Source of the DNA: Utricularia gibba
Taxonomy: Eukaryota; Plantae; Magnoliophyta
Assembly (NCBI GenBank): GCA_002189035.1
Contig: NEEC01000016.1
Span: forward strand, 1,178,001 to 1,242,000
Direction: 5' to 3'
Length of the DNA stretch: 64,000 bases
Positions 12,263-25,085 of this stretch are shown in pieces. The stretch's first letter is position 1. Every line of letters starts with the position of its first letter. The notes beneath the pieces are model-generated. The model had not been told where the DNA came from. It saw only the letters and a program-made list of their open reading frames with translations, and did no database searches. The translations under genes were made by a program, and so were the position numbers.

Positions 12263-14890
12263 ATGGCATTGTTAGGAGAAGATGGGCGGGGCTACGAGCT
12301 GGCTCGGAAGCTTGAGAGCCATGGCGTGTGGCGGATTTGGCTTGGTGACGCGCTATACTCCACCTTTGTTCCGTTTCTTTCGTCGCCGGCGACATGGGAC
12401 GCTTTCATGCGCCCTGATGATTCCAAGCCCAGGCCTCATGTCAATCTCCAGCTTCGCGCTCGAGCTTTACTTTTCGATAAGGCCTCTGCTTTGCCATCTG
12501 CTCGACCCAAAAGCCTCCTCTCAGTCTCCAAGCTTAATCCTCATTGTGCGTGCTCTTCCCAAGTTTTGTGCTTTTCCCTGCGTGACTGCTTTTCTGGGAA
12601 TTGGGTTATTTGGAGTATGATGTGGGGATTATGCTGTTAATGTTGGCTTGAAATTTCTTTCCTTCTGGTCTAGTGGGCTGATTTTTTCCTTGGACTCAGA
12701 AATCAGTAGCATTGCAGATCTTTTGTTTGTTAAATGTGCTATTTGATTGACTCATCTAAATTTTGTCTCAGATTTGGAATTGCATGGGGATGATGTATAC
12801 TTCACGCTTGAAAGTAGTTCGCAGAATGGAGGAGATCAGCGTCAACAAGGTTTGGCTTCAAATAAGACTATACCGAAGGTGCTTCCACTTGTGGCTTTGA
12901 TTTTGTAGTATATGCATCATGAAAGTTGTGATATATCTGTGAAAGAATTTTCTGCTGGTTTAATTCCTTACTGTTCTTACATTTATCGAAAGTTTGGCTT
13001 ACAAGGTTAATAATACTTGGCAGGCAAGTTCTAAGTCATCTATTGTTAATAGTTCAAGATATAGTGAATCTGAGGTTGATACCCCGTCTAGAAGATTCAA
13101 GCACGAAGAATGCCCAGAAACTTGGTACAGTCAATTCTTTGAGAAGTACAGAGCAAGCAAGCCATATAGGTTGATGTTTTTTGATAAGGAATCAGAAAAA
13201 CGTACTCCTGAGCAGATGTCTGCGTATCTTAGAGTAGTTGAGAATCATAAGAGACGAAGAGTAACTTTCAAGGAACCTATGTCTAGTTCTCAAGCCAATA
13301 CGGTTATGGGTGAGACAGGAGGGGTGGAAGATGCACTTTTCTTCCCAGAAACAATGTTTACTTTAAACTGTGTACCAGATAGTGCAGTCCTTCAAGTAAA
13401 CAGCATTCAGAATAAAAAAGTTCCCTCCAATGGAGTTCTGGACAACTTGCCTCCAATGATGTCAAAGGGCCCTGCTATAAGCCCTGTTATGATTGAGAGG
13501 CTAGGTATTAGACCTGAGTATCAGACCAGGGGAGGAACTGGATATCAAGGTAGTAAAAAGTTACTCAGTGAGGGACAAGCACTGAAAACGTCAGAAAAAG
13601 TGGTTGCACGGCTACTATCCAGTGTGGGTTTTGATTCTTCTTCAGAAACCTCTCTGGGGGTCCTTGGGGAGCTTTTGAGTGCTCATACACATAAGTTTGG
13701 TAGAATCCTAAAGCTTCTAGGTGACGGTTATCGTAAGCAGTGTTCTGCTATTGAGTTGATAAAAATGTTCCTTCAAACTTTGGGATATAGGTGAGAAGTG
13801 TAATTTTTATTATGCTTCAAGTGTTTTTTTTCTTTACAGATACTGGTTTTCTCGCAAAAAGATAACAAAACAACTCCTTATTGCATTTGTTGAAACCAAA
13901 TGCTGATCCAAGCAGCATGGTTCCTTTCCTTATTATGCCATGAGAATTTTTCATGCCACTGAATATGCTTTTTGATGAGATGATATTTTTTTCTCCGAAC
14001 TGAATATTGGTTTCTTATTTGCAGTGATTTGGGGGCCCTTTCTGAACTAATGAAGGATAATCCTAAATATTCTGCTCAACAAATGCAGCAGCAAGTGATG
14101 GGTATTCAGGCACCGTTGCAGTTACAACAGCAGCCATCCATTCAACAATCTCATCAACAGCAGGTCAGTTTTTCATTAAGTTTTTTGTTCGCAGCAGCAT
14201 AACTTTGCATCTAAAAAGCTGCTAGGAGATAAGGTTTAGGTATTAATAATATTCATCAAACAAGATACCTTGCCTTGATTTTTATATTTTCAGCATTATT
14301 TGGTGATTCAATTGTTAATATTTTCCATTGTCGGGTTTGCCTTTTCTTAGCAGATTCTAAGGCAAATGGGTTCGAATATGCAACAGTTGAGTAATTCGCA
14401 GTACATGGCGCTTCAGAATATGGAACGAATGAGGAGGCGGCAACAACAAACTCCACGCCCCGCCATGGGCATGAATATGGACAAGGAGAGACAGCTGGTC
14501 CAGGTGAAGATGGAAAATCCATCTGATTTCCCCATAGAGACAACTTCCTTTACTGGAGCGAACACCAGAAACCCCCAACAACTGCGGCAGCAGCAACTTG
14601 CAGCAATATCTTCTCTACATGCGCATGCCAACCAGAACAACTTCAGGCCAATGGCATCTCTCGCAGTTCCACAAATGCAATCATCGTAATGCTTTCATGT
14701 TGGGTTGCAGAAGTTCTCCTTTTTCATCAGAGCGAACCGCTGCTTAAATGCAAGTTTACTGTTCTACAGGAGTATTGGAATGGCGAGAGCTCCACCTGTA
14801 AAAGTTGAAGGTTTCCAGGAACTCATGGGCGTGGACTCTTCATTGAAGCATAACACGGATGAAAATAAGCTACTTCAGCCTCAGAAGTAG
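12263..14890 (+). CDS. Conserved plant nuclear protein with a probable histone-fold (SPT7/TAF8 Bromo_TP-like) segment and Gln-rich C-terminus (At5g65540-like), 6 exons
   Basis: N-terminus MALLGEDGRGYELARKLESHGVWRIWLG...LQLRARALLFDKA; YLELHGDDVYFTLE; FFPETMFTLNCVPDSA; helical segment KVVARLLSSVGFDSSSETSLGVLGELLSAHTHKFGRILKLL; Q-rich exons; ends APPVKVEGFQELMG...QPQK* at 14890. Junctions are phase-consistent. Confidence 0.82.
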
Positions 14891-16624
14891 CATCATGCTG
14901 TTACTTCCTTCAAAGTGCCTCTACATGTTTAAAACAGGTAACGGTTTAGGACAAATCATTGCTGACTGCATCCCATCTTTTTAGCATTTCTCATGCCCCC
15001 TTTTCAAAATGCATTGTCCTCAAATCAATTTCAGGCTTAAGCACAAAGAAAATGCAGTTGACCAACCCTGAAACGGACAGAAGGCGTGAGGGCTGGGGGC
15101 AAATGATCGCTCCAAAGGAACACAGTAGAAGATATTCAACTCCAAAGAAGGATATGGCATGGTGGAATTACAAGTTGTGGAAATGGGTTTTGGCTATTTG
15201 TTATAAAAGTATATCTATAATGTATCAAGTAGAAGAAACAAGCATTCCCCAAGAATAGCTGAAAGTGCCAAGTTTACTGGTGCACAAAAGAATGGGAGCT
15301 TTATTCATTTTCTGCCGGAAGTGTTTTACATCAAACTTGATCTTGCAAAGCTCAACAACAAAAATGATGCTTAGCATCACTGTGGTTTTGAGGTATGCCG
15401 TCGTTAAATAGTGTTATATCTATAAAAAATCAAGGCAACTAACCATCCAGACAAACTGCGATCAACCTTCAACAGCTGCTGCACAAGGAACAGTAGTCAT
15501 GGTGCATAGCCATGGGAGGATCTCAACCCCCATGCTCATGGGAAATTTCGTGGACCAACAGTGATGTCTCTGTTTAGTGCCCTGAAGTAAGAATCTATTC
15601 TTTGTCATGTAACTTCAACCACCAAAAGCTACTCAACATGAAAACAAATGTTCACTCACGATAATATTTTTTGGGGGAGGTCTTTCTGTTCCACAGATAT
15701 CCGGTTCATCCTTATCCACATTTCAGCTATGCTAACACCAAGGCAAGGCTGCTGCTATATGTATTCTGCGGTTGAAACAAATCAGATTTACAATACAGCA
15801 GTCATTGGTAGCAACTCGTACAGGAAGCTGCAGCCACTCGAGAATTTTCTGCACCGTGAGGAAAAGCTGATTATAGCAAAATATCTCATGTAAATTTACA
15901 TCATGGAATGCAGGAAAAATTACATCTGGTGCATCTGGATACAACCAAACCTTTGTAGATGATCCATTTTAGCAGCCAATTGCTTTAATGATCTGCTGCA
16001 ACTTGTGATCTTAACCAGAGGATTTATAAAAACATCTTTTCCTGCGTTTAATGTCACCAAAAAAAAAAAAAGGATAGATAGAGTGAAGAAGAGGAACGAG
16101 ATGCCTTAAGAAAATAGCATTCCTTAAATAAATGGACCTTATTTAAAACCAGAAACAAAAACAAAGTGAAACCACATGGTGGTGAGGGAGGGAAAGGAAT
16201 CATTTGATCATCATTACAATATAACCAGCATCTTTTTTATGGGCTTAAGTTGCCTAACTATACTATAATAGAAATGAGCAGTGGGTGGCATCTAAAGCAA
16301 TACACACAGAAGTGGGGCATCCTAATCACATCACACCAATCACATAAAAGAATCGAGGAATTGAATATTCAAAACAGCAACACCCATTGGGATATTTTTA
16401 GGTCACGCCAGAAGAGAAAACAGCACAAAAATCTGGAGAATGAAACATACTTACATGTAAAAGTTGACCAACAGAGCTCAAGCATGGTATGAAAGATGGA
16501 TCTTTCCAAGGGATTCTGTTGATGCAACATTGAAAAAAATCAATGCTTAGGTTCTCCGTTCTTTGACCATTACAAAGAAGCAGGTAAGACAGTCATTCTT
16601 ATCAGCCCCATATGCCATCTTAGA

Positions 16625-19345
16625 TCACTGGAATCCTCGAATCAAAATTTCACGGGTCTGAGGATTAAGAGTGCAACCACTTTTTTTCATGAGAACAACT
16701 AGTTCAGAGCACTGATCTATAAAGCGACTGTTCAACAAGCCATCGATCAAAATCTTCCACGCTAGTTCATTGTTATTGTAACCACTGTGAAGTAGCCTAT
16801 AGAAAATTTCTTTAGCCTCCACTTCATCCCCTTCATCATACAATCCACACACAAGGAGCTTCATCAACTCTAGATGGGGTAAATATCCACGACAGAGCAT
16901 GGCATTGACTAAAGTCACTGCTTCCTCATGCATTTTCATGTGGCAAAAACACTCTAAGAGCTTGTTGTAAGCTTTTTCATTCAGGGAAATACCATGCTGT
17001 TTCAAATGGTCAACCACCTTACAGGCATCTTCAACACGCCCTTCACTACAAAATCCGCTGATGATTGCAATGTAAGTGTGTGCATTTGGAAGGCATCCAT
17101 GCTCTTTCATTTTTGCAAAGAGCTTGAGAACCATGCTATGGTCCATCAATTGCCATACATCATTAATATTAATGGATCTACCATCTCCATTCTTACCACA
17201 AAATTTCTCATGTAAGAGATGTTTGATAACAACAGCATAGGTAAACTGAGAAGGCTCATGCCCAGCCAAAAACATAGATTTTAAAACATTAAAGGACTTA
17301 TCTAACAATCCTGAACGTCCATATCCATCAATTAGAACTGTATAAACCATCAAATCTGGTTGTACACTCTCTTTCTTCATTTTTTCAATCACATCTTCAG
17401 CCTCTTTAATCCTTCCCAGTTTGCAATAAGCAACAAGAAATGATGTATATAGGCAGACATCCGGTTTATGCCCCACAGATATCACATGATTGAAAACTCT
17501 ATAAGCAATCTCAAATTTAAATTCTTTCAGAATATGCTCTATTATAGTCGAATAGGTAGCAAGATCAGGTGCTGTACCGCTTCTTAACATCTTTTGTAGA
17601 TATCTAAAAGCTTCCTTTCGTTTATTGACCTTGCACAAGCCGTTGATAATCACATTATAAGTGAAGGAGTTCGGGAAGCACCCCTGAGCAAGCATTGCTT
17701 CAAAAAGATTATGTGCCAAGTCAAATTTTTCTGCATTGCAGTACCCATCAATCAAAGAGGTATACATGACATCATTGACATCTATGCCTAACTCTTTAAG
17801 AGAGTTGAAAGTTGCTTGTGCCTCATCAATATTCCCCTTGGCACATAAAGCATCAATTAGGGGACCATAGGTTAACTGATCAGGAATTATATTTTTCTCA
17901 TCCATCAACCAGAGAAGCCGGAGGGCATTATCCACATCACCCGTTTTACAGTGGCCACACACTAAAAGGTTAAATGTCACCAGGTTAGGAGTAATACCTT
18001 GTTCCAGCATCTTATTAAGAAGTTGCATTCCTTTGTGCACTTCCATTTCTTGACAAAAACCAGATATTAACACATTATATGTCCTAACATTAGGTTTGCA
18101 CTCGTTAGATTCCATTGAATCCAGCATCCCTAAAGCAGCATTCATCATTCCCTTCTTACAATATCCATTTATCAAAGCATTATAAGTCACAGCACTTGGA
18201 CGGGACCCGCTATCTAACATCTCCTGCAGCACTTCCAATCCCTCGTCAAGCATCCCATCTTTACATGTACCATCAACAACTACAGTATAAGTGTGTGCAT
18301 TAGGCTTACAACCTTTCTCCTTCATATCATGAAATAGACCCAAAGCTTCTGGACTCCTTTTCAGGTCAAACAAGGCATCAATCAAACTTGTGTAGGTTCG
18401 TACATTTGGAATGCAACCGTCATCCTTCATTTCTGAAAATAGCATTTTTGCCTCATCAACCCTTCGAGCTTCACACAACCCATGAATCAAATTGTTATAC
18501 GAAACCTCATTCCTTGGGCACCCCTTCCCAGGCATAGCCATGAAAACCATCTTAGCAGCATCAACATCCCCTTTCCTGCAATGCCCTAAAATGAATGACG
18601 TGAATGTATGAGTATCAGGCTTCAGGCCCGCCTGAAAGATCATGCTCAAGAAATACTCAGCCTCACTCACATTTCCCAGTTTACAATAAGCATTAATCAT
18701 CGTATTGAATGTGTAAATATTGGGTGATACTTGTTCATCCAACATCTCCTTATAAACAGTTTTCATCTCATCAATCAACACAAATCGTGCCAGCGACATT
18801 AAAACCATGTTATAGCACTTAAGACTGACTCTAAACCTAAATTCGCCATCCTCACCACGATTCATCTTACGCAAAATAGAAAGAGCAAGCCTGGAATCCT
18901 CAGCCGTTTCACAAGACTTAACCATTGAGATCCGGATAACCTCCGCATCCCTAAAAGACTTGCTCTTGACCAAAATCCGCAAAAGGGAGGCATAAGCTTG
19001 CACATCCGGATTGAAAGAAGGCGCTTTGGAAAGAAGATTAAAAAAACTGAGGGCGACATGATGATTGAGATGGGGGTACTGCAATAGAAAAGAGGTGAAC
19101 AAAGAAGAAGACATCGAAGGAATCAATTTCCTAAATGAAGGATGCTTCGGCCAATTAGGCTGGCAAAGAATGCTAAAAAGCTGACGAAACAGGTCAGCGG
19201 AATACTGATCAGGTAGAGAAACAGGTTCCGGCGCGGCAGTGAAAGAATGGCAGAACGGCAACAACCGCGCCGGCCCCAAGGGCGACGATCGCATCATTTT
19301 GACGGCATACACGACTCCGGATAATCGGCGTAAGACGTCATTCAT
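16625..19345 (-). CDS. P-class pentatricopeptide repeat protein (At5g65560-like), intronless CDS, organelle-targeting N-terminus
   Basis: 906-aa uninterrupted ORF with more than a dozen tandem ~35-aa PPR motifs (e.g. PNIYTFNTMINAYCKLGNVSEAEYFLSMIFQAGLK, PNVRTYNVLISGFCQEMEVHKGMQLLNKMLEQGIT). No E/DYW extension. The start could also be Met at ~19297. Confidence 0.95.
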   Translation of the reverse strand: MNDVLRRLSGVVYAVKMMRSSPLGPARLLPFCHSFTAAPEPVSLPDQYSADLFRQLFSILCQPNWPKHPSFRKLIPSMSSSLFTSFLLQYPHLNHHVALSFFNLLSKAPSFNPDVQAYASLLRILVKSKSFRDAEVIRISMVKSCETAEDSRLALSILRKMNRGEDGEFRFRVSLKCYNMVLMSLARFVLIDEMKTVYKEMLDEQVSPNIYTFNTMINAYCKLGNVSEAEYFLSMIFQAGLKPDTHTFTSFILGHCRKGDVDAAKMVFMAMPGKGCPRNEVSYNNLIHGLCEARRVDEAKMLFSEMKDDGCIPNVRTYTSLIDALFDLKRSPEALGLFHDMKEKGCKPNAHTYTVVVDGTCKDGMLDEGLEVLQEMLDSGSRPSAVTYNALINGYCKKGMMNAALGMLDSMESNECKPNVRTYNVLISGFCQEMEVHKGMQLLNKMLEQGITPNLVTFNLLVCGHCKTGDVDNALRLLWLMDEKNIIPDQLTYGPLIDALCAKGNIDEAQATFNSLKELGIDVNDVMYTSLIDGYCNAEKFDLAHNLFEAMLAQGCFPNSFTYNVIINGLCKVNKRKEAFRYLQKMLRSGTAPDLATYSTIIEHILKEFKFEIAYRVFNHVISVGHKPDVCLYTSFLVAYCKLGRIKEAEDVIEKMKKESVQPDLMVYTVLIDGYGRSGLLDKSFNVLKSMFLAGHEPSQFTYAVVIKHLLHEKFCGKNGDGRSININDVWQLMDHSMVLKLFAKMKEHGCLPNAHTYIAIISGFCSEGRVEDACKVVDHLKQHGISLNEKAYNKLLECFCHMKMHEEAVTLVNAMLCRGYLPHLELMKLLVCGLYDEGDEVEAKEIFYRLLHSGYNNNELAWKILIDGLLNSRFIDQCSELVVLMKKSGCTLNPQTREILIRGFQ

Positions 19346-19452
19346 GAATGCAAGTCCACTCCCGAGAATGGAGAGGCGTCTGAAGCGAGAAGCGTTAGCC
19401 GTGGAAATGGAAGAAGCTTCTCCTCTGAGAGTAGGGAGGCCGGGTCTCCGTA

Positions 19453-19489
19453 TGGGCCATCCGGATCATGGCCCATTTCCAATTGGGCT
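19453..19489. promoter_or_regulatory. Site II cluster, PPR promoter
   Basis: TGGGCC 19453, GGCCCA 19470, TGGGCT 19484, about 110-145 bp upstream of the PPR ATG. Confidence 0.5.
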
Positions 19490-19747
19490 GTACAAACTTG
19501 TTCTCAGTCCATTTTTATTAATATGTAATTTAGAATTCTAAAATTAAGATAAATTAATGTTTAAATATTCAAATTTAAATTTCATTCGAATTTATGTTGG
19601 AGTCATGTGTTCAGTAATTTGAATAATTTTTTTAGAAAAATAAAAATATTAAATTTAAATAATTATTTTTATTTTTCATAATATTTATACAATATTTAGT
19701 ACATATTACATAATTTGAAGTTATGTCTTAAATTATGTAAAATAGAA

Positions 19748-19865
19748 TCAATTTGAGATTGTAAAACTATTTTGTACGATAACATAAAATTATATTATAA
19801 AATTTAATATATAAAATCATTGTATAATTTCATATTATGATATAAATGTATTTTTAGAATAGATA
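19748..19865 (+). repeat. AT-rich dispersed repeat family A, copy 1
   Basis: TCAATTTGAGATTGTAAAACTATTTTGTACGATAACATAAAATTATATTATA...ATATTATGATATAAATGTATTTTTAGAATAGATA aligns by eye with 35011-35135 (+) and 57105-57231 (-). Confidence 0.6.
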
Positions 19866-20086
19866 AAAAAAATAAATAGTGTAATTTTTCTAATTAATCT
19901 CTTATTTGATATCTAAAACAAAAATTCAATATTTTCAATAATTTTTAAAATTAATCACATACTCTAAATTTCTGATTTTACTAATAAAAATTAAAATCTT
20001 AAAAAATTAAAAAGAATTATTTTAAAAAATTTATAAAACATAACCCTTGAACTACCTTCCATAACCAATTAATTAAATAACTGATT

Positions 20087-23000
20087 TTAAAATATTGGTG
20101 GTGTTTCGAGACGAATGTAATCATACATCAGTTCGTTGAAGCGTCCGTGGGCGTTGGGTTGGGTCAAGAAGATGGTGTTTTCTCCGGGAAGAAGCAGACA
20201 CCCCTGTATGCTGATGCTGAACAGATGGTACAGCCCATGAATCCCATGTCTGGCCACTGCGTTGTCTCTCCCCAAAACTTCCGTCGAGAACAGGGGATGT
20301 TTCGAGTTAACTCCAACCTGACAGAAAGGAAGAAGAAGGTTACTTGTCTTTCTCCAGCGGAGCACAGGGGGAGAGGAGGATGGAGTTACTTGGAGAATGG
20401 CTCCATTTGCAGAAGCAATTGCTACTTGAAGAGTGTAATTTGAATCGGCTTTCAGGCTCCGGAGATCGAACACGATCCGCCATGTTGTTCCTTGAAATGC
20501 ACCGTTTCCCATGTCCCTGATTCTCAGATTCGAGTGTTAGTGTTAGTGTGCGTCTCCAAGGGAAGAAAAGAGCTCTTCTTTTACCTGGTAACCTGAGCGA
20601 AAAACCAGTCTAATGTGTAGTCATCTTTTCCGACTCTGAAAACCAGGTCTTGTTCAGGGTATAGCGCTGCGTAGCGTTCCCAGAGCCCGTACTGCCTGAA
20701 TCTATACACACCCAAGGGACTAGTGAGCGAAACAGAGGATCCAGGAGGCTGGGAAAGGGAAAGCTGTTCAGCAACCTTTGATCGGAGCTGTTGCCTTTGG
20801 TTGCATATTGGTGGATTTTGTACTTGGGGTCGGGGTCGGGGATGAAGAACTCAGCAGCAGATCGGTCAGGAACTCCGATTTCCCATAGAGTAAGGCCTTC
20901 TCTTGGAGGTTGGAAGGTGACATCTCCTAATGCGATGTCGGATCCTGGGGGAATGGCCACCTCTGAGATGTGCTTGTAATCCCCCAAGACTCCTGGTACA
21001 AATGCAAAGAGGCTGTATTCCCCTGGAACCACGTTTTTTAGCAGAAAACTGCCATCGCTCTCGGCTTGTGTCCAGAACTGATATCCCTGCAAGAAGGCAA
21101 CAGACATTGATTTCTGGTGATGCAAAGCTTCTGTTAAGGCTGCATCTTGTGAGTCTAAGTAGAAAATACACCTTGTTTTCGTGCTGCCATGTCGCCGCCG
21201 CCCCTGCTGCTGCTAATCCAACGTGGGCTGAAGTTGCCGGAACAGGGTGATCATCCACCGCCCTGTGATACAAACAACATGCTCTGAGGATGGCTGAAGG
21301 TTCTACACTTCTATTCGTTTGATCAAAATGGCCAACCAGTCATGAACCAGGAGTCTGCCATGGACGGTTCCTCTGCTCTCAGCCTTGAAGAAATCATTTG
21401 AGAAGGGGAAACTGTATGGCCACTCTGCCTCCTCTACTCCCATCTGATTCAGACATTGAATTCGTTGTAACCAGAGATGGCAATTGGAGTTAAAAAGACA
21501 CGAAATTTATCACTGTACCATCCTCTTTGCATCATCCCAGAGACGAGAATGATCTCCTGCCCCGGAATAATCTGAATTAAGATACACAAAAACAGGGCCA
21601 AGAACCTTCTTCCATGACTCAGCAGCATCAAACTCCAGAGCCAATTCTTTTCCTGCGTAATGCGGGCTGATGAACACCTTCATGATTGTAATCCAAACGA
21701 TGGTCTGTTACGTTACGGTTATATTGAAAACATCCAAAAGTTAGCTTCTACTCACAGAGAGAAGTGTTGGTCCAACATGAGAAGTAAGATCCTGCTTGAA
21801 GGGGCCGCCGGTTTTGAACTCATTGCTCGGCGTAATCATCCAAAATCCGACGGCGGCGTCGCTGCTGGCCCATCCATGAACTTTATTGTCCTTGTTGTCG
21901 CTAGAGTAAAAGTACTTATCGTCCACCTTATGCACCAGAACTCAAGTTTAACTCCAGCTCTGGTTTTACTTCATTCTGATGCAGAGGAGAAGAAGATTAC
22001 CTCCCCATGGAGGTCGGGGTTCTCCGGATTTGTGAGAAGAACGGCTTCCGGATAGTCCAGAGGCTGGCCGTGGAGACGGTCCTCAGCCGTCGGCATGAAT
22101 CTTTGTCTCTCATCGGAAATTGCCATATACTGAAACCTACACGAACATTTCCCTTTCAATTGTAACGCTGATCCATCATGAAACAAACCAGTTCACATCG
22201 ACTGGTTTGACAGAAAAGCAAAGGCAGTACTTGTTTTTCTTAAGCTTGAACTCCAATCTTGCTATCTGCATGGTGAATGCTGGCCAATCCTTCAACTTTT
22301 CCAGAACAGCGTACGAGTAGAACCCAGAGGATCCACGCAGCATAACAAACCTGTTCATCGACAAGAACTAGAAGCCAATCATGCAAAACAAAATCTCTTC
22401 CAAACCATATGAAACAGCAGACGACTCTGCTGCAGTCATTTCAAAAATCTTATTCCATATTGAGAAAATATACCTTTTATCTACTCTCAGGGGAACTTTG
22501 TTGCTCCCGTAGCTCCATTCTGCAGTGCATGAAACCTCTGCGTGGTTCTCATTATGAGTTATGATCTCGTAACTCTCCCCAGCTAACCTGTAAAGAGAAA
22601 CCTATAGCCTCAGGTTATATTGTGGCTTTCAAGCTTGACATTACTTGAAACCCTAAACATTACTTGTCGAATGTTCGAGCTTTTTCATCTCCTGGATTGT
22701 TCCAGACGACATTCCAGCGTCTGCCATGCGTAACAAGCTTAGAAACAACTCTAAAAATACACATGCCTCCATCCTACACCAGCACAACATTAATTTAAGC
22801 TTCAAAGTTACCCTCTTTCATCTTCAGCAAGTTCATCGTCCAGCAAATTTTCGCCTCCGCCGTACGTGACGCTGGTGATCGTCCCGACGGGGACCTTTAT
22901 CGTGATCGAAACAATGCCGTTGCTCATCACCAACTGCCATAAAATTTCAATACCATGAAAAACAAAAAACTGCCAACCGTCCAAGAGAGCTGTGAGATAT

Positions 23001-23290
23001 TGCATACGTAATCATCCTCTTCAAAAATCTGCAGAACTCTGGCTGCTGGTTCAGCATTCCTCTTCTTATAAGGCCGTGGCCTGAGATAAAACAATCTTCA
23101 CGTTCTAAAGCAAACACACCAACACATACTGAACTATCAGAAGCCATAGATGACATTCGAACCCGGAAACATCGCGGGAGGCCGCCGCAAACGGTAGAGT
23201 AGCAAGCAGCAAAGCTCCACAGAACAACAGAATAACAGATACACCAAACCCTTTACCCATTGCTCCAGAATGCACCACCGGAGCAGGCAT
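20087..23290 (-). CDS. Rhamnogalacturonan lyase, polysaccharide lyase family 4, secreted, multi-exon
   Basis: Hydrophobic signal/anchor GFGVSVILLFCGALLLATLPFAAAS. Motifs LVMSNGIVSITI, FVMLRGSSGFYSYA, FQYMAISDERQRFMP, DYPEAVLLTNP, VDDKYFYS, GFWMITPSNEFKTGGPFKQDLTSHVGP, SPHYAG, GYQFWT, LWEIGVPDRSAAEFFIPDP, FRQYGLWERY, GRDNAVARHGIHG, YDYIRLE. All junctions are in phase. Confidence 0.93.
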
Positions 23291-23676
23291 GCAGACAGAT
23301 ATGAAGAAGAAGGAGTTGGTTGGAGTTTGTAAAAACAGTTGAGTTTGTTCAGACTTTTGGAAGACAGATGGGGTTTCGTTGCGACAAGAGGATTTTGAGG
23401 GGGGAGATTCTGGACGTATTGAATGATGGTGTTGTGGTCAAAACTTGTACAAACATGGTTGTGTAATAAAGGAACATTAAATGTGGCTAAGATTCTTCCG
23501 TAAAAGGTAAGTAAAAATGGGAATTTGAAAGCATATTCTACTACATTTAGGGTTAGATAATCAAATCCGTAACTTCCGACTAAAGATAATACCGCCGACT
23601 TGACAGATAATTATGGTAATGTTCCTTTGACCACCCCTACCGTAGCAGCAGAGGAATATTTTCTTTACAAGGATTG

Positions 23677-23697
23677 TGGGCCGAAAGCCCAGGCCCA
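23677..23697. promoter_or_regulatory. Site II cluster between the divergent RG-lyase and AAF genes
   Basis: TGGGCC 23677, AGCCCA 23686, GGCCCA 23692. Confidence 0.5.
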
Positions 23698-25085
23698 TTC
23701 CTTTTTTTTTTTGCTTTAGATTTCTCTGGAGTTTTTTTTTAATTTATTTCGATTAAACTCCTCAATAATGACTTTATTTTTTATTTTTTAGTTTTAAACT
23801 TGTATTTTCACATCTCGTAATGAATTTTCTCTATTTTTTTTCTAGTTTGTATTAAATTTCATGTATTATATATCTATTTATGACTAAATTTCATGTTCTG
23901 GGTTGGAAAACTTATTCTTCTATGTTTAATGAATAATTTTCCATTTATTCTTTAGATTCGATTGGATTTTACAAGTATCTGAGTACATATGTTACATACA
24001 TTCTATAATGACTCTAAGTCAAGATTCATAAATAAATGATATTGTTTATGAGTTTTGATGAAATGTAACAACTCCTAACTTTTTGGTTCGAGTGTATCAA
24101 TGTTTTGTTGTCACCATACCCCAATCCAATAGACATATATTGATCTTGCATTTGAATCATTGGATCATTGGTAACACTTAAGTATATATGCAAAATTCAA
24201 TCACGAAGATAATTAATGAGAGAATTATATGAGGTAATTCTCATACCTCTCTACAAGAGAGTATAAGGAAACCTAGGTAACATTGAGCATACTCAGTTTT
24301 TCATATAACTGAATATCCAGAAGAATTGGAAAAAATGCAATTACAACAAATATAATTGGAGATGATTCTAATTCAAAAAAGAGTGTTCTTATTTAATGCT
24401 TATCATTTAAGGTTATTTTTATTGTTTGTATTCACAACTCTATTTATAAAATTGTGGTAGTTTATATTCTGTTTCTAACTACACCATTCTCTTAAAAAAC
24501 AATTCAATATGATCAATATTCATGCTACGACTTGTGTGTTTTACTATATGCTCATACTATATAATATAATTAAATATATTGATTTACTACATTTATATGT
24601 ATTGATGGCTTATAAATTACATTTTTTCTAATATTCCAATGGTAATCATTTACCGTATTTGAAATGTTTATCATTTATTAAATTGTAAATAGTCAAAGTG
24701 TGACATATGAAATAAACTTTATAACTCTTTCAATGTTCGATGATACTTTTTACTTAAAAATTTTATGACTACATTCAAATCTCTTGCTAATTACATAGAT
24801 AACTTAAACTACTACTATACTATTCTTTCAAATGATTATAAAATATTTCATGGCCTTATTTTGGAATAAAGTATGGTAGACTGATTTTTCGTATTCCGTA
24901 TATTATTCGTATAACAATTCAAATGCTATTAACATTATTAATTAATTTTCATATATTCATGTTAATCTCTCCAACTTCTTTTTTGTATTTTTGAAAATAA
25001 TTTGATTATTTTTAAAACAATTTCGTTTTTTGAATAATATACTAAATTTTGATTATCTGGTAGTCTCGTTTGTCAGCAAATTTTG

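Noticed and set aside
15648-15944. Short ORFs downstream of the PPR as a separate gene
   Set aside because: No motifs, and they are better explained as PPR 3' UTR exons and introns.
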